From: an uncultured bacterium
GTDB lineage: Bacteria; Krumholzibacteriota; Krumholzibacteriia; LZORAL124-64-63
Length of the DNA: 64,000 bases
Direction: 5' to 3'
NCBI GenBank assembly: GCA_963727525.1
Contig: CAVSGO010000005.1
Location: 704,001 to 768,000 of the forward strand
The translations under genes were made by a program, and so were the position numbers. Shown here piece after piece: positions 20,804 through 30,930 of the stretch. Each line of letters opens with the position of its first letter. The stretch's first letter is position 1. The notes below the pieces were generated by a model that saw only the letters and a list, made by a program, of their open reading frames with translations, made no database searches and had not been told where the DNA came from.

Positions 20804-21172
20804 TCAGGCGGCCGGCTGGTAGAGCTGCGACGCGTCGAGGTAGATCTCGTACTCGACCACCTCGTCACCGCGCAGCGTGATGATGTCGGCGAACGGCACG
20901 CTCAGCGTGGAACCGTCGTGACGCGTGTAGGTGACCTGGCCCCGGCACAGGAGCGTGGTGTCGACGATCCATACGTCGCGCAGCTCGTGGGCGAGGGCCC
21001 GGATGCTCTGGAAGAAGCCCCCCACCGCCTCGCGTACGGCGCTGCGGCCCGGCACGGCGGGCGCATTGGCGAAGCGGAAGGCGCCGTCTTCCGCGAAGAG
21101 AGCGGCAAACCCCTCGGTATCCTTGCGATCGATCGTCCGGAACAGGTCGGTGGCGAATTCGCGTGTCAACAT
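20804..21172 (-). CDS. SnoaL-like / NTF2-fold protein
   Basis: FAALFAEDG.FRFAN...GRSAVR, YEIYLD. Confidence 0.8.
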   Translation of the reverse strand: MLTREFATDLFRTIDRKDTEGFAALFAEDGAFRFANAPAVPGRSAVREAVGGFFQSIRALAHELRDVWIVDTTLLCRGQVTYTRHDGSTLSVPFADIITLRGDEVVEYEIYLDASQLYQPAA

Positions 21173-21319
21173 CGGTCTCTCCAGGATCGAGTAGAAGATC
21201 TATGGTTCGACTGCAGGCGCCGGTGGCCGGCCGCCAACACGAGGATGGGCATTGGCCAAGGCTCATATATACTGACGACTAGGATGTCGCGCTTCCCCGT
21301 CGCGAGGGAGAATTTCAAC

Positions 21320-23170
21320 GTGCACCGCTCTGGCCTTCGGGCCCCGCGACACTCGAGGATCGGCTCCACGACCCGCGGCGGACCGTGGTGCGTCGTCCTC
21401 GCGGTCTTGCTCGCAGCGGGCTTCGCCCAGGCGCAGAAGGGTGGCGACCCGGAGCAATACAAGGGTTGGACCGTCTCCAACCTCTGGGTGAGCGGCGTCG
21501 CCGACGACCTCGTCGACGCCCTGAAGAGCGGTCTCGCTCTCGCCGATCAGTCAGGTCTGCTCAGCACGCAGACCACGACGTTCTATCCGAAGGACCTCGC
21601 GCAGGACATCAATCGCGTCCGCCTCTTCATGGCGCGGCACGGGTACCCGCGGGCCACGGTGAGCGCACGATTCACGCCCGCCGCGCGCGATCGCTCCGTC
21701 GCCGTGCAACTCATCGTGACGCCGGGCGCACCGGTGCGCGTGGCCGATGTCGCGCTCGAAGGCCTGCCGCCGGACCTGCCGAGCGATGGCGGCAAGGTCG
21801 TGACCCTGAAGACGGGACAGCCCGTGATCGACAGCGAGGTGCGCGCGAGTGCCCAGGCCATCGAGCACCGGCTGCGCGAGGCCGGGCACGCGAAGGCGAC
21901 GGTCACGCCGCGGATCGAGATCCGGGCGCCGGGCGAGGCCGTGGTCCACTTCGTCGCGGAGCCCGGGCCGGTGTACCGGTTCGCCGGCGTCGAGGTGACC
22001 GGTATCGGGCCGCCGCTCTCGGACCTGGCGGTTCGTGTGGCCGACATCGACGCGGGCGGCCGCTACTCGCCGCGGCGGATCACGCGCGCCCAGGACAATC
22101 TGCGCTCGCTGAACGTGTTCCGGAAGATCAAGCTCGGGATGCGCGCCGCCGGCGGCGACTCCCTGATCGTGGAAGCCGAGCTGGCAAACCGCGACCCGCG
22201 CACGCTCGAGATGAGTGCCGGCTACTGGACCGACGAGGGGCCGCGCGGGCGCGTGCGGTGGCTCCATCGCAACCTCTGGCTGCGCGCGCGATCCCTGGAA
22301 CTGAGCGGATCGCTGTCGCGGTACACGCTCGACACGAGCATGGCGCTGCGCTGGCCCGCACTCATCGGCGTGCACATCTGGGGCCTCACGAGCGTGGGCT
22401 ACACGATCGAACACGAGGACGCCTACAACCTGAACAACCTCGAGTTCGACGGCAGCCTCGCCTACCTCTTCTCGCGCTGGGCGTCGATACAGGCCGGTTT
22501 CGCCCTGTCGAGTGTGACGGTAGACGTGAAGACGGACGACCGTGCCGCGCTCGACGTGCAGAGCGGCTTCCTGCCCTCGCTGCACCTGCGCTGGCAGAGC
22601 GACAACACCGACGACCGCGTGGATCCCACGCATGGCACGACGTCGCTGATCGCCACCGAATGGTCACCCCGGGCCTTCGGTTCGAACAACCCCTTCGCGT
22701 CCGTCGAGGGGCGTGGCACCTATTATCACCCCGTCGCCGGCAACACGGTGTTTGCGTGCCGCCTCGATCTGGGTTGGGCACGGCCGATCGACGGCGCCAC
22801 GAGCCTGCTGCCGAACAAGCGTTTCTACGCGGGCGGCGCCCTCTCGATGCGCGGCGCGCGCCGGCGCGCGCTGGGTCCGCTCGACAGCGCGGGCGATCCG
22901 CTGGGTGGTGAGGCGCTCGTGCTGGCGTCGGCGGAGCTTCGCGTACCGCTGTACGGCAAGCTGCATGCCGCCACCTTCATCGACAGCGGGCAGGTCTGGG
23001 CGCGGCACGACAACGTGAACCTGCGCGATCTGGAGACGGCGGTGGGCCCGGCGCTGATGGTGATGACGCCCGTAGGCCCCATCCGCATCGACGTGGCCTT
23101 CAACCTGGCGCGGCGGCCGCACGACAAGCCGCAGACGCTCTGGCACCTGATCATCGGGCAGCCGTTCTGA
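21320..23170 (+). CDS. tamA: Omp85 family TamA-like protein (POTRA domains plus barrel); start codon uncertain
   Basis: POTRA-like repeats, RFYAGG...MRG, FIDSGQVW, TPVGPIRIDVA, C-terminal IGQPF; directly upstream of tamB. Confidence 0.85.
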   Translation: MHRSGLRAPRHSRIGSTTRGGPWCVVLAVLLAAGFAQAQKGGDPEQYKGWTVSNLWVSGVADDLVDALKSGLALADQSGLLSTQTTTFYPKDLAQDINRVRLFMARHGYPRATVSARFTPAARDRSVAVQLIVTPGAPVRVADVALEGLPPDLPSDGGKVVTLKTGQPVIDSEVRASAQAIEHRLREAGHAKATVTPRIEIRAPGEAVVHFVAEPGPVYRFAGVEVTGIGPPLSDLAVRVADIDAGGRYSPRRITRAQDNLRSLNVFRKIKLGMRAAGGDSLIVEAELANRDPRTLEMSAGYWTDEGPRGRVRWLHRNLWLRARSLELSGSLSRYTLDTSMALRWPALIGVHIWGLTSVGYTIEHEDAYNLNNLEFDGSLAYLFSRWASIQAGFALSSVTVDVKTDDRAALDVQSGFLPSLHLRWQSDNTDDRVDPTHGTTSLIATEWSPRAFGSNNPFASVEGRGTYYHPVAGNTVFACRLDLGWARPIDGATSLLPNKRFYAGGALSMRGARRRALGPLDSAGDPLGGEALVLASAELRVPLYGKLHAATFIDSGQVWARHDNVNLRDLETAVGPALMVMTPVGPIRIDVAFNLARRPHDKPQTLWHLIIGQPF

Positions 23171-23198
23171 CGGCACCCGGGAAAGGACCCTCGACTCG

Positions 23199-26100
23199 AT
23201 GAGCCGCAGCCGGCTTCGCCGCATCCTCGTCATCCTCGGCCGCATTCTGGCCGCGGTGGTGGGGATCGTCGTGCTCGTGCTGCTCCTGCTTTTGCTGCCG
23301 CCGGTACGAGGACGCGTGCTCGAGTTCGCGCTGCCACGGGTCACGGGCGCCTTGCCCGGCGAGGTGACGGTGGGTTCGGCACGCTGGCCAGGTCCCGGGC
23401 ACATCGAGCTGGCCGACGTGCTCTGGACGGCCGATGGCGACACCCTGTTGTCGCTGGCACGCACCGACGTGGACGTGGCGCTGCGCCCCCTGCTGTCCGG
23501 CGACCTGCACCTGCACACCCTTGATCTTGGCGAGCTGCGTGCCGACTGGCCGGCGTTGCAGGCGCACATACTGCAGGCAGCGGATTCGACAGCGAGCGTG
23601 GGCTCTGGTAGCGGCTTCCCGCGAGTGGGCGCGATCGCGGCCGTACCGTCGGTGGCCATCGACCGACTGGCGATCACGGCGCCGAGCCTGCGTGTGACGG
23701 CGTCCATGCCGCCGCTCGCGGCCCGACTGCGCGGCAACCTCGACGTGCTGGCCGGGCACGATCCGGCGGTGACCATCGACACCCTGCGGGTGCTGGCCAC
23801 ACCCACGCCGCAGTGGCCCCTGGTGCTGCACGCGAGCACGCCGCAACCCGGCCAGGTGCACCTCGCAGTGGCGCGGCGCGACGCCGCGGCGCCGGTGGAG
23901 CGCGACCCCGGCCTCGACGTCGTCGTCACGCTGCAAGGCGATCCCGCGGTGCCCGTGCACCTCGGAGTGCGGGCCGACGTGCGCACACCGAACCTTGGCG
24001 AGCGCCCCGGCGTGCGCGCGTCGCTCCAGGGTGCCGTCACGCTGGACAGGCACGCGGTGGTGCTCGACAGCCTCGCCATACGGTCATCCGACTTGGACGT
24101 ATGGCTGCGCGGCCGTTACGCGGCCGACGAGACCGACACGCCGCTGACCGCCACCCTCGCCGTCGACGCACGCGGCTACCGGTTGGCCGCGGGCTTCGCG
24201 TATTCCCCGGGCGACACCACGCTCCGGTCGACCCCGCTCGTCGTGCTGCCCGCCGGCGCCGACCCACGCCAGGCGCAGGGCGCCGAGCGCTCCGGCCAGG
24301 TGACGCGCCACGGCGACGGGGCCATCGCGGCGCGCGATCTCAGGGTGCGCGGAGCGGCCGGGGACATCAACCTCTCCGGCCGCTACGCTCCCGACGGGAC
24401 GAGCCATCTCGATCTCACCACGCGCTGGCCGGCGCCGCCGGAGTTGCTACTGGCGCTTCTGCCCCTCGAGCCCGCGCAACGCGATACGTTGCGTGCAGTG
24501 TGGCCTGCCGACACGCCGACGCTGCAGGTCCAGGCCGACGCCACACGGCGCGGCGAGCGCACCCAGGCGCGGGCGCACGCGCGGTTCGTGCTGCCCGGGC
24601 CCGTGACGCTGGGCCGGGCCTTCGGCGCGAAGACGCCATCGCACGCGGGCGGTCCGCTGCGCGGTACGCTCGACGTGGACGGCGCCGTGGGCGGCGGCGA
24701 TCCCGCCGTGCACGCCTTCCTCGATCTCGCCGGCACGCCATGGCTCGCGGAGGGCAAGCTCGCCGCGAACTGGCAGCCACGCGGTGTGACGATCGATTCC
24801 GCGCGTTTCACGGGCGACGGCCTCTCGCTGACCGCGCGAGGCGGCCTGCGCGACGAGAGCTGCGATCTGCGCGGCAACCTCCATGTGGTCTGGCCCGACG
24901 CGCAGACGTGGCTACCGGATGTGGGCTACGACGACACGCGGGCCGACGTCACAGCTGACCTCACGGTGGGCGGTGCGTTGCACGCCCCCGTCGTGGAAGC
25001 CACGCTCCACGGCAACGTGGCGGCGACCGACCTCGCGCTGCCGGAACTGACGGGAACGCTGCGCTACGGTGATGACGGGCTCGCCGCACATCTGCGCGCG
25101 CCCCAGGGAGTGGGCGTGGGCACCGTGCACCTGGACAGCATCACGGTCGGCGCCACGACGGCTGGCCGCGCAACCATGATGCCGGTCGACCTGTCGATCG
25201 ACGCCGTGAGTGCGGATCTCGCCTGGTCTCAGCGCGCGCGCCTGCGCACGGGGGACGCGCTGACCCTGCGCACCGACTCCCTCGCAGTGCGGGCCGGCAA
25301 GCTCGCCCTGCACGCCACGCAGCCGTTCACCGTCGCGCAGGCGGCCGGCCGACGAGGTGTCACCATCGCCGACCTCGACCTCGCCGGCAGTGGCCAGGTG
25401 ACGGTCGACGGCTACGTGAGCCGGGACAGCCTCGATCTCGCGGCGAACCTGGCGCTCGACTTGCCGGAGGAGCCGAGCCTGATCGCGCGGCCGATGCTGC
25501 TGTGGCCCCGGCACCTCGACGCCCGCATCGACGCGCAAAGCTGGCGCGACGTGCAGGCGCAGGTGACGGCCACCGGTCTGGAACTGGGCCGCAGCGAGGA
25601 CCTCGACGCGCGTCTGGCGATCACCGGCACGCCCGACTCCACCCACGTGACCCTGCGGCTCGGCGACGACGCCCAGGCGCTGGCCGCGGGCGACGCGCGT
25701 CTGCCGGCCCTGAGCACGTTGCTGAACGCGGGCGCGGAACACGCGTCGCTGCCGCTGCAAGGCCGCCTGACGCTGACCCGATGCCCGCTGCCACGCGCGT
25801 TGTTGCAGCTGCCGCCCGATCCCACCGCCCCCGATCCCACCCTCGCCGGCTCGGTAGCCATGACGGGCACGGCGGCAGCTCCATCGCTCGACGCCGACAT
25901 CACCCTCGGCTTCCCCGACTGGCCCAAGCTGGCGAGCTTCACGGCCCGCTTCCTGGGCCGGGTGCGCCCGGCCGGCACCGATTCGTCCGGCGTGACGGCC
26001 CGCCTCACCCTCGACGGCCTGCAGCGCCACCTGCTGAGCGCCGCCTTCGCCTGGCCGGGCGAGCTCTCGCTCGCGCCCGTGCAGTGGCAACCCGGCGACG

Positions 26101-27251
26101 GGGGCGTGGACGGCCGTATCACCTCCGAGGACATTCCGCTCGCCAACTTCGACTCCTTGCTGCCGGCCAGCACCAGCCTGGGCGGCACCTGCCGCATGGA
26201 GCTGTCGGCTACCGGACCGACCAACGCCGCGGAGCTCGATGGCCGTCTCACGCTGAACGGCGCGCGCATCGCCCTCGCCGACGGCAACCGGGTGACAGGC
26301 AGCGGCAAGCTCGACCTCGGCGGCACCACCGCGGATCCGCACATCCGCGGCGACATCACCATCACGCAGGGTGTGATCCGTATCCCCGAAGCCCAGCGCG
26401 ACCTGCTGCCGGCCAGCGGCACGTCGATGCTCTGGGAAATACAGGACTCCAGCGCCGTCGACACCACCGGCACCGACTCCTCCGGCGTGGCCATGCCGGC
26501 GCGCCCGCGTCCGCCGGCCGACGTCGCCACGTTACCGGGCGGCGTGGACGTGACGGTGCGGATCCCCTCGGGGCTGCTTCTGCGCGGCCGTGGCCTCGAG
26601 GTGGAACTGGCGGGGCAACTCCACGTACAGCGCCAGGAGGGTATGCCCACGGTGGTGGGCCAGCTCGAGACGGTACGCGGTTCGCTGCGCTATCTTGGCC
26701 GGATATTCAAGGTGGACCGCGGTATCGTGGGCTTCTACGGCGACGACACCCTGGATCCCACCCTGGACATCAGCCTGAGCACCACCGTCGGGTCGTACCA
26801 GATCACGATCCAGTTCACCGGTACGGCGCTCAAACCGCGGCTCGCGCTGTCGTCGACACCGTCGCTCGAGCAGGGCGACATCATCGCCGTGCTCGTCTTC
26901 GGCGAGCCCCTCGACCAGCTCGACACCGACCAGATGAATCTCGTGCGACGGCGCACCACCGATCTGCTCGCGATCTATGGCAGCAGCCTGCTCGACAGCT
27001 CGGTGGGCCAGCAGCTCGGCGTGGACATGATCACCGTCGCCGAGGGACGAAATGAGAACGAGGGCAGCGCGCTCGTCGTGGCCAAGTACCTTAGTCCGAA
27101 GGTCCTGCTGAAGTACGAGCAGGCGCTGAGCGACTGGACCATGTTCTTCATCACGCTGGAGTACCGTTTCTTCGGCGACTTCAACCTGCAAACGATCGTC
27201 GGACGCAACGGCGAGTCGGGCGCGGAGCTGAACTGGTCCCATGACTACTGA
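23199..27251 (+). CDS. tamB: Translocation/assembly module TamB (DUF490)
   Basis: N-terminal membrane anchor, long beta-rich body, C-terminal LLRGRGLEVELAG...DPTLDI...PRLALSSTP...KYLSPK. Confidence 0.85.
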   Translation: MSRSRLRRILVILGRILAAVVGIVVLVLLLLLLPPVRGRVLEFALPRVTGALPGEVTVGSARWPGPGHIELADVLWTADGDTLLSLARTDVDVALRPLLSGDLHLHTLDLGELRADWPALQAHILQAADSTASVGSGSGFPRVGAIAAVPSVAIDRLAITAPSLRVTASMPPLAARLRGNLDVLAGHDPAVTIDTLRVLATPTPQWPLVLHASTPQPGQVHLAVARRDAAAPVERDPGLDVVVTLQGDPAVPVHLGVRADVRTPNLGERPGVRASLQGAVTLDRHAVVLDSLAIRSSDLDVWLRGRYAADETDTPLTATLAVDARGYRLAAGFAYSPGDTTLRSTPLVVLPAGADPRQAQGAERSGQVTRHGDGAIAARDLRVRGAAGDINLSGRYAPDGTSHLDLTTRWPAPPELLLALLPLEPAQRDTLRAVWPADTPTLQVQADATRRGERTQARAHARFVLPGPVTLGRAFGAKTPSHAGGPLRGTLDVDGAVGGGDPAVHAFLDLAGTPWLAEGKLAANWQPRGVTIDSARFTGDGLSLTARGGLRDESCDLRGNLHVVWPDAQTWLPDVGYDDTRADVTADLTVGGALHAPVVEATLHGNVAATDLALPELTGTLRYGDDGLAAHLRAPQGVGVGTVHLDSITVGATTAGRATMMPVDLSIDAVSADLAWSQRARLRTGDALTLRTDSLAVRAGKLALHATQPFTVAQAAGRRGVTIADLDLAGSGQVTVDGYVSRDSLDLAANLALDLPEEPSLIARPMLLWPRHLDARIDAQSWRDVQAQVTATGLELGRSEDLDARLAITGTPDSTHVTLRLGDDAQALAAGDARLPALSTLLNAGAEHASLPLQGRLTLTRCPLPRALLQLPPDPTAPDPTLAGSVAMTGTAAAPSLDADITLGFPDWPKLASFTARFLGRVRPAGTDSSGVTARLTLDGLQRHLLSAAFAWPGELSLAPVQWQPGDGGVDGRITSEDIPLANFDSLLPASTSLGGTCRMELSATGPTNAAELDGRLTLNGARIALADGNRVTGSGKLDLGGTTADPHIRGDITITQGVIRIPEAQRDLLPASGTSMLWEIQDSSAVDTTGTDSSGVAMPARPRPPADVATLPGGVDVTVRIPSGLLLRGRGLEVELAGQLHVQRQEGMPTVVGQLETVRGSLRYLGRIFKVDRGIVGFYGDDTLDPTLDISLSTTVGSYQITIQFTGTALKPRLALSSTPSLEQGDIIAVLVFGEPLDQLDTDQMNLVRRRTTDLLAIYGSSLLDSSVGQQLGVDMITVAEGRNENEGSALVVAKYLSPKVLLKYEQALSDWTMFFITLEYRFFGDFNLQTIVGRNGESGAELNWSHDY

Positions 27252-28107
27252 TCGCGCCACAGGAATGCTGACGGTGCTCGCGCTCGCCGCGTGCTGCCTG
27301 AGCTGTGCCTCGCCGTCGCTCCTGCCCTGGTCTGACGCGCAGCCCGAGATCGGACGCTATGCGCCGCCGCCGGCAGCCACCGCGCCTGACAGCATCACCG
27401 TCGTCTCCTACAACATCCAGTACGCCGAACACATCAGTCAGGCCATCGTCGATATCCGCGCCGATCGTCGGCTCGCGCTGGCCGACATCTACCTTCTGCA
27501 GGAGATGGATCCCGCCGGTACGGAGCGCATCGCCCGCGCGCTGGGCTGCGACTTCGTGTACTTTCCCGCGAGCGTGCAGCGGCACACCGGTCGCCTGTTC
27601 GGCAACGCCGTGCTGTCGCGCTGGCCGATCCGCGGGTCGCGCGTCATCATCCTACCGCACCCCTCGCCCGTCGACGGCACGCGGCGTATCGCCCTGGACG
27701 CCAGTATCACCCTCGGCGATCGCGTCCTCAACGCACTGTCGGTACACCAGGCCACCGTCGTCGTCTCCCAGCACGACCGCTTCGACCAGACCGAAATGGT
27801 GGCCGACTGCGTCAGTGGGCTGCCCGGTCCGGTGATCGTCGGCGGCGATTTCAACACGGTGACGCATTGGGAAGTGGTGGCGACACGGCGCCGCCTACGG
27901 CGCGCCGGTCTGCGGGAGGCGGCACTCCCGCCCGGCGCCACCAATCGCAAGGCCATCGCCCGGGTGCTGGGGCTTGAGAACGCTCTCGACCATATCTATG
28001 TGCGCGGTTTGGTACCCCTCGGCACCGGCGTGGCACGCGAAGCCTCGGCCAGCGACCACTGGCCGGTCTGGGCCACGGTCAGCGTGGCGGCGGCGGATTC
28101 TGGCTGA
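27241..28107 (+). CDS. Endonuclease/exonuclease/phosphatase (EEP) family protein, probable lipoprotein
   Basis: VSYNI, LLQEMD, GNAVLSRWP, GGDFN, LDHIY, SDHWP; Cys in the signal region. Confidence 0.88.
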   Translation: MTTDRATGMLTVLALAACCLSCASPSLLPWSDAQPEIGRYAPPPAATAPDSITVVSYNIQYAEHISQAIVDIRADRRLALADIYLLQEMDPAGTERIARALGCDFVYFPASVQRHTGRLFGNAVLSRWPIRGSRVIILPHPSPVDGTRRIALDASITLGDRVLNALSVHQATVVVSQHDRFDQTEMVADCVSGLPGPVIVGGDFNTVTHWEVVATRRRLRRAGLREAALPPGATNRKAIARVLGLENALDHIYVRGLVPLGTGVAREASASDHWPVWATVSVAAADSG

Positions 28108-28684
28108 GGTAGGTTTCGGTGTCCACGACCGTGGCGTACGCGTACGCCAGGGCCGCCAGTGACGCCGCTTGCACCTCGGCCGCAGGCACAGTACGGTTGC
28201 CCCAGGTGAGATCCCGCGTGGCGCAGGCGTCGCCCACCACCACGACCTCGAAGCCGAGATCGCTTGCCGCGCGCGCCGTCGCCTCCAGACACATGTGCGT
28301 CATCATACCGCAGAGCACCACGCGCGTGACGTCATGGGCGCGCAGCGTGGCCTCGAGATCGGTGTCGAGGAACGCGTTGGCATGGCGCTTGGTGATGACC
28401 GTCTCGCCGGGGAACGGCCGCACGTCGGCGCGGATCTCGCCCCCCTCCTTCGCCTCGTGCTTCACGTGGATGACGAGGCCGCCGTCCTGCCTGAAGCGCT
28501 CCAGCAAACGCGCCGCGTCGAGACTGGCCGCCTCCGGTTCGATCAGGGGCATGACCCCCCCGGGGAAGTAGAAGTCCTGGATGTCGATGAGGACGAGCGC
28601 GGTGGCACCGCGCGCGGGACTGGCCAGTCCGGCAGCGGCGACGAGAGCCACGACGAAAGCCATGACGGGTGCAAATGATCGCAT
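28079..28684 (-). CDS. Isochorismatase-family cysteine hydrolase with a signal peptide
   Basis: ALVLIDIQ, ITKRHANAF, GMMTHMCLEATARAA, DACATRD. Confidence 0.88.
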   Translation of the reverse strand: MRSFAPVMAFVVALVAAAGLASPARGATALVLIDIQDFYFPGGVMPLIEPEAASLDAARLLERFRQDGGLVIHVKHEAKEGGEIRADVRPFPGETVITKRHANAFLDTDLEATLRAHDVTRVVLCGMMTHMCLEATARAASDLGFEVVVVGDACATRDLTWGNRTVPAAEVQAASLAALAYAYATVVDTETYLSQNPPPPR

Positions 28685-28805
28685 GGGCAGCTCCCGGGCG
28701 CCCGCGGGCGCCGTGGATGAAGGTGCGGGTTTGTGGTGTCGCAGGTGTGCTGGGTCCATTATGCTCGAAACCAGCTTCGACACAATCAGCGATCGCGACG
28801 CCGTC

Positions 28806-30611
28806 ATGTCACGTCCGTCCATCAGCGCCACCCCCGTCGCCGGGGCGAGCCTCGTCCTTCTTCTGGCCTGCCTGCTGTGGTCCACCTGGCAGGGGCCCGA
28901 CATCTTCTTCCACCTCTACCTTGGCCACGAGGTGGTGCATACCGGTTCGCCGAATCCGCCCGACCATCTTCTCCTGCAACAACCTCTGTATCGCAACATC
29001 TACTGGCTCTTCCAGACGGTCGTATACGGCGCCTGGGCGCTCGGCGGCGTGTCGGCGGTGACGCTGCTCTTCGCGGCGCTGTGGTTCGCCGTGCTGGTGG
29101 TGTGGGCGCGCACGGTTCGCATCGGTCGGTATCCAGCGACCGGCATGCCGTTGCTGCTGGTGACCATCCTGGTAAGCCAGACTCGCTTCGACCCCCGACC
29201 GGAGACGGTGTCATACCTGCTGCTCGCGCTGCAGGTGAGCTGGCTGACGACCTGGCCGTGGGGCGCGCGCGGCAGCGCCGGACCTCGGCACGGGTCCCTC
29301 GGGCGCCTCGCCGCCCTGGCCGCGACCGAGGTGCTCTGGGTGAACATGCACGCCTACTTCGTGCTCGGTCCCGCCGTGGTCGGGGCGCGCCTGGTGGCGT
29401 CGTGGCTGGGACGCGAGGACCGCCGTGCCGTCCGCGAACTGGGTATGGCTCTCGCGGTGACGTTGGCGGCTTCGCTCCTATCGCCGTTCGGCCTGCAGGC
29501 CTGGCGGCTCGTGGGCACCTGGTGGGTGTTCCTGCATGCCATGGGCGGCAGCATCCGCGAGTTCGGACCGGCCGCCGGCGTCTTCCTGCAACTCTGGACG
29601 GTGGAGATCTTCTGGGCGCTCTGGGCCGTCACGGCGCTCGCCACCGCGATCGTGGTGGGACTGATGGCGATCTGGCGGCGTCGGCTCGGCCTGTTCGCAC
29701 CGATCCTCGCGGTCGCCGGTCTCTATCTGAGCGCGATCGGGGCCCGCAATCTGCCTCTGTTGCCCCTGCTGGCGGCGCCGCTGTGGCGGGAGGCGCTGGT
29801 GGCGGTACCGACGCGCCGCCGCCGCGCGTCACGCGCCCTCCTGGTGGGCACGGCCACCGTGGCCGTGGCCCTCGCGCTGTGGACGATGCAAGGCGGGCTG
29901 CATCGTTCGTTGCGCGCCGAGGGCACCTTCGGCACCCGTTTGCTGCCCCACGCCTACCCGCTGGGCGCGGTCGACTACCTGCAGCGCCACGGAGCGCGTG
30001 GCCGGCTCTTCAACAGCGCAGCCGACGGCGGCTACCTCGAGCTGACCTGCCCCGAACTGCAGGTGTACACCGACGCGCGCTACACCGAGGCCGCACCGGT
30101 CCTACAGTACTTCGCCGCGTTCATACATCCCGACGTGTTCCGCGAGATCGACGCGGCGCAGCACTTCGACGGCGCCCTGGTCAAGCTCGTCGACTCCGGC
30201 CCCCTGGTGATCGCGCTGCTGGGCGATCCGGGTTGGCGCCTCGCGTACGGCGACCTGCACCGCGTGCTCTTCGCCCGTCGCAACTCCGCGGCCGCCGCCG
30301 CGTGGCCGGACGAGCCGATCCGATTCGACGCGGGCGAGGATCTCTCCCGGCGCTACAACGGCATCGCGGCCATCCAGTGGACGGCCATCCTCGTGCAAAC
30401 ACACGATCGCGCGCGCCTGCTCGCGGCGCTCGCGGCCTGGGCCGACGCCACGGTCGTGCCGTCGACTGTGATCCAGTACGCGCTCCAGTATTCCTTGCAG
30501 GAACACGATGCCGACGTCTTCGCCGCCGCGCGCGCCCTGGCGCCACGCATGCTCGCCCTGCGCGCGGCCGACCGCCTCGCCGTGACACGCCTGCTCGGAC
30601 ACCATCCCTGA
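28806..30611 (+). CDS. Polytopic membrane protein, possible GT-C fold glycosyltransferase
   Basis: First-loop DIFFHL.LG, RPE, LWVNMH, RNLP motifs; about 10-12 TM segments and a soluble C-terminal domain. Confidence 0.55.
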   Translation: MSRPSISATPVAGASLVLLLACLLWSTWQGPDIFFHLYLGHEVVHTGSPNPPDHLLLQQPLYRNIYWLFQTVVYGAWALGGVSAVTLLFAALWFAVLVVWARTVRIGRYPATGMPLLLVTILVSQTRFDPRPETVSYLLLALQVSWLTTWPWGARGSAGPRHGSLGRLAALAATEVLWVNMHAYFVLGPAVVGARLVASWLGREDRRAVRELGMALAVTLAASLLSPFGLQAWRLVGTWWVFLHAMGGSIREFGPAAGVFLQLWTVEIFWALWAVTALATAIVVGLMAIWRRRLGLFAPILAVAGLYLSAIGARNLPLLPLLAAPLWREALVAVPTRRRRASRALLVGTATVAVALALWTMQGGLHRSLRAEGTFGTRLLPHAYPLGAVDYLQRHGARGRLFNSAADGGYLELTCPELQVYTDARYTEAAPVLQYFAAFIHPDVFREIDAAQHFDGALVKLVDSGPLVIALLGDPGWRLAYGDLHRVLFARRNSAAAAAWPDEPIRFDAGEDLSRRYNGIAAIQWTAILVQTHDRARLLAALAAWADATVVPSTVIQYALQYSLQEHDADVFAAARALAPRMLALRAADRLAVTRLLGHHP

Positions 30612-30615
30612 GGGA

Positions 30616-30930
30616 TCAGGCTTCCCAGCGAAACCGGTCGAGAGGGACCCGGCCGGCACGATCGAAGACCACGCCTTCATCCATCAGCAGGAGACGTTGC
30701 AGACGCTGCGACGCGGGACGTCCGCGATCGCTGATCTCGCCGCGCGCGTTCACCACGCGATGCCAGGGGATGCCGCTATCGTCCGGCAGCTCGCGCAGCA
30801 CCCGCCCCACGAGGCGCGCCCGGCCAGGGAGGCCAGCGACCTCGGCAAGCTGCCCGTACGTGGCCACACGGCCCGCCGGGATCGACCCGATCGCATCGAC
30901 GATGCGGTCGGCGGCCGGTGACGCCTTCAT
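30616..30930 (-). CDS. Alkyltransferase-like (ATL/YbaZ) DNA-damage binding protein
   Basis: IPAGRVATYGQLA and PWHRV, with Trp replacing the MGMT catalytic Cys; ATGA overlap with the deaD stop. Confidence 0.88.
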   Translation of the reverse strand: MKASPAADRIVDAIGSIPAGRVATYGQLAEVAGLPGRARLVGRVLRELPDDSGIPWHRVVNARGEISDRGRPASQRLQRLLLMDEGVVFDRAGRVPLDRFRWEA

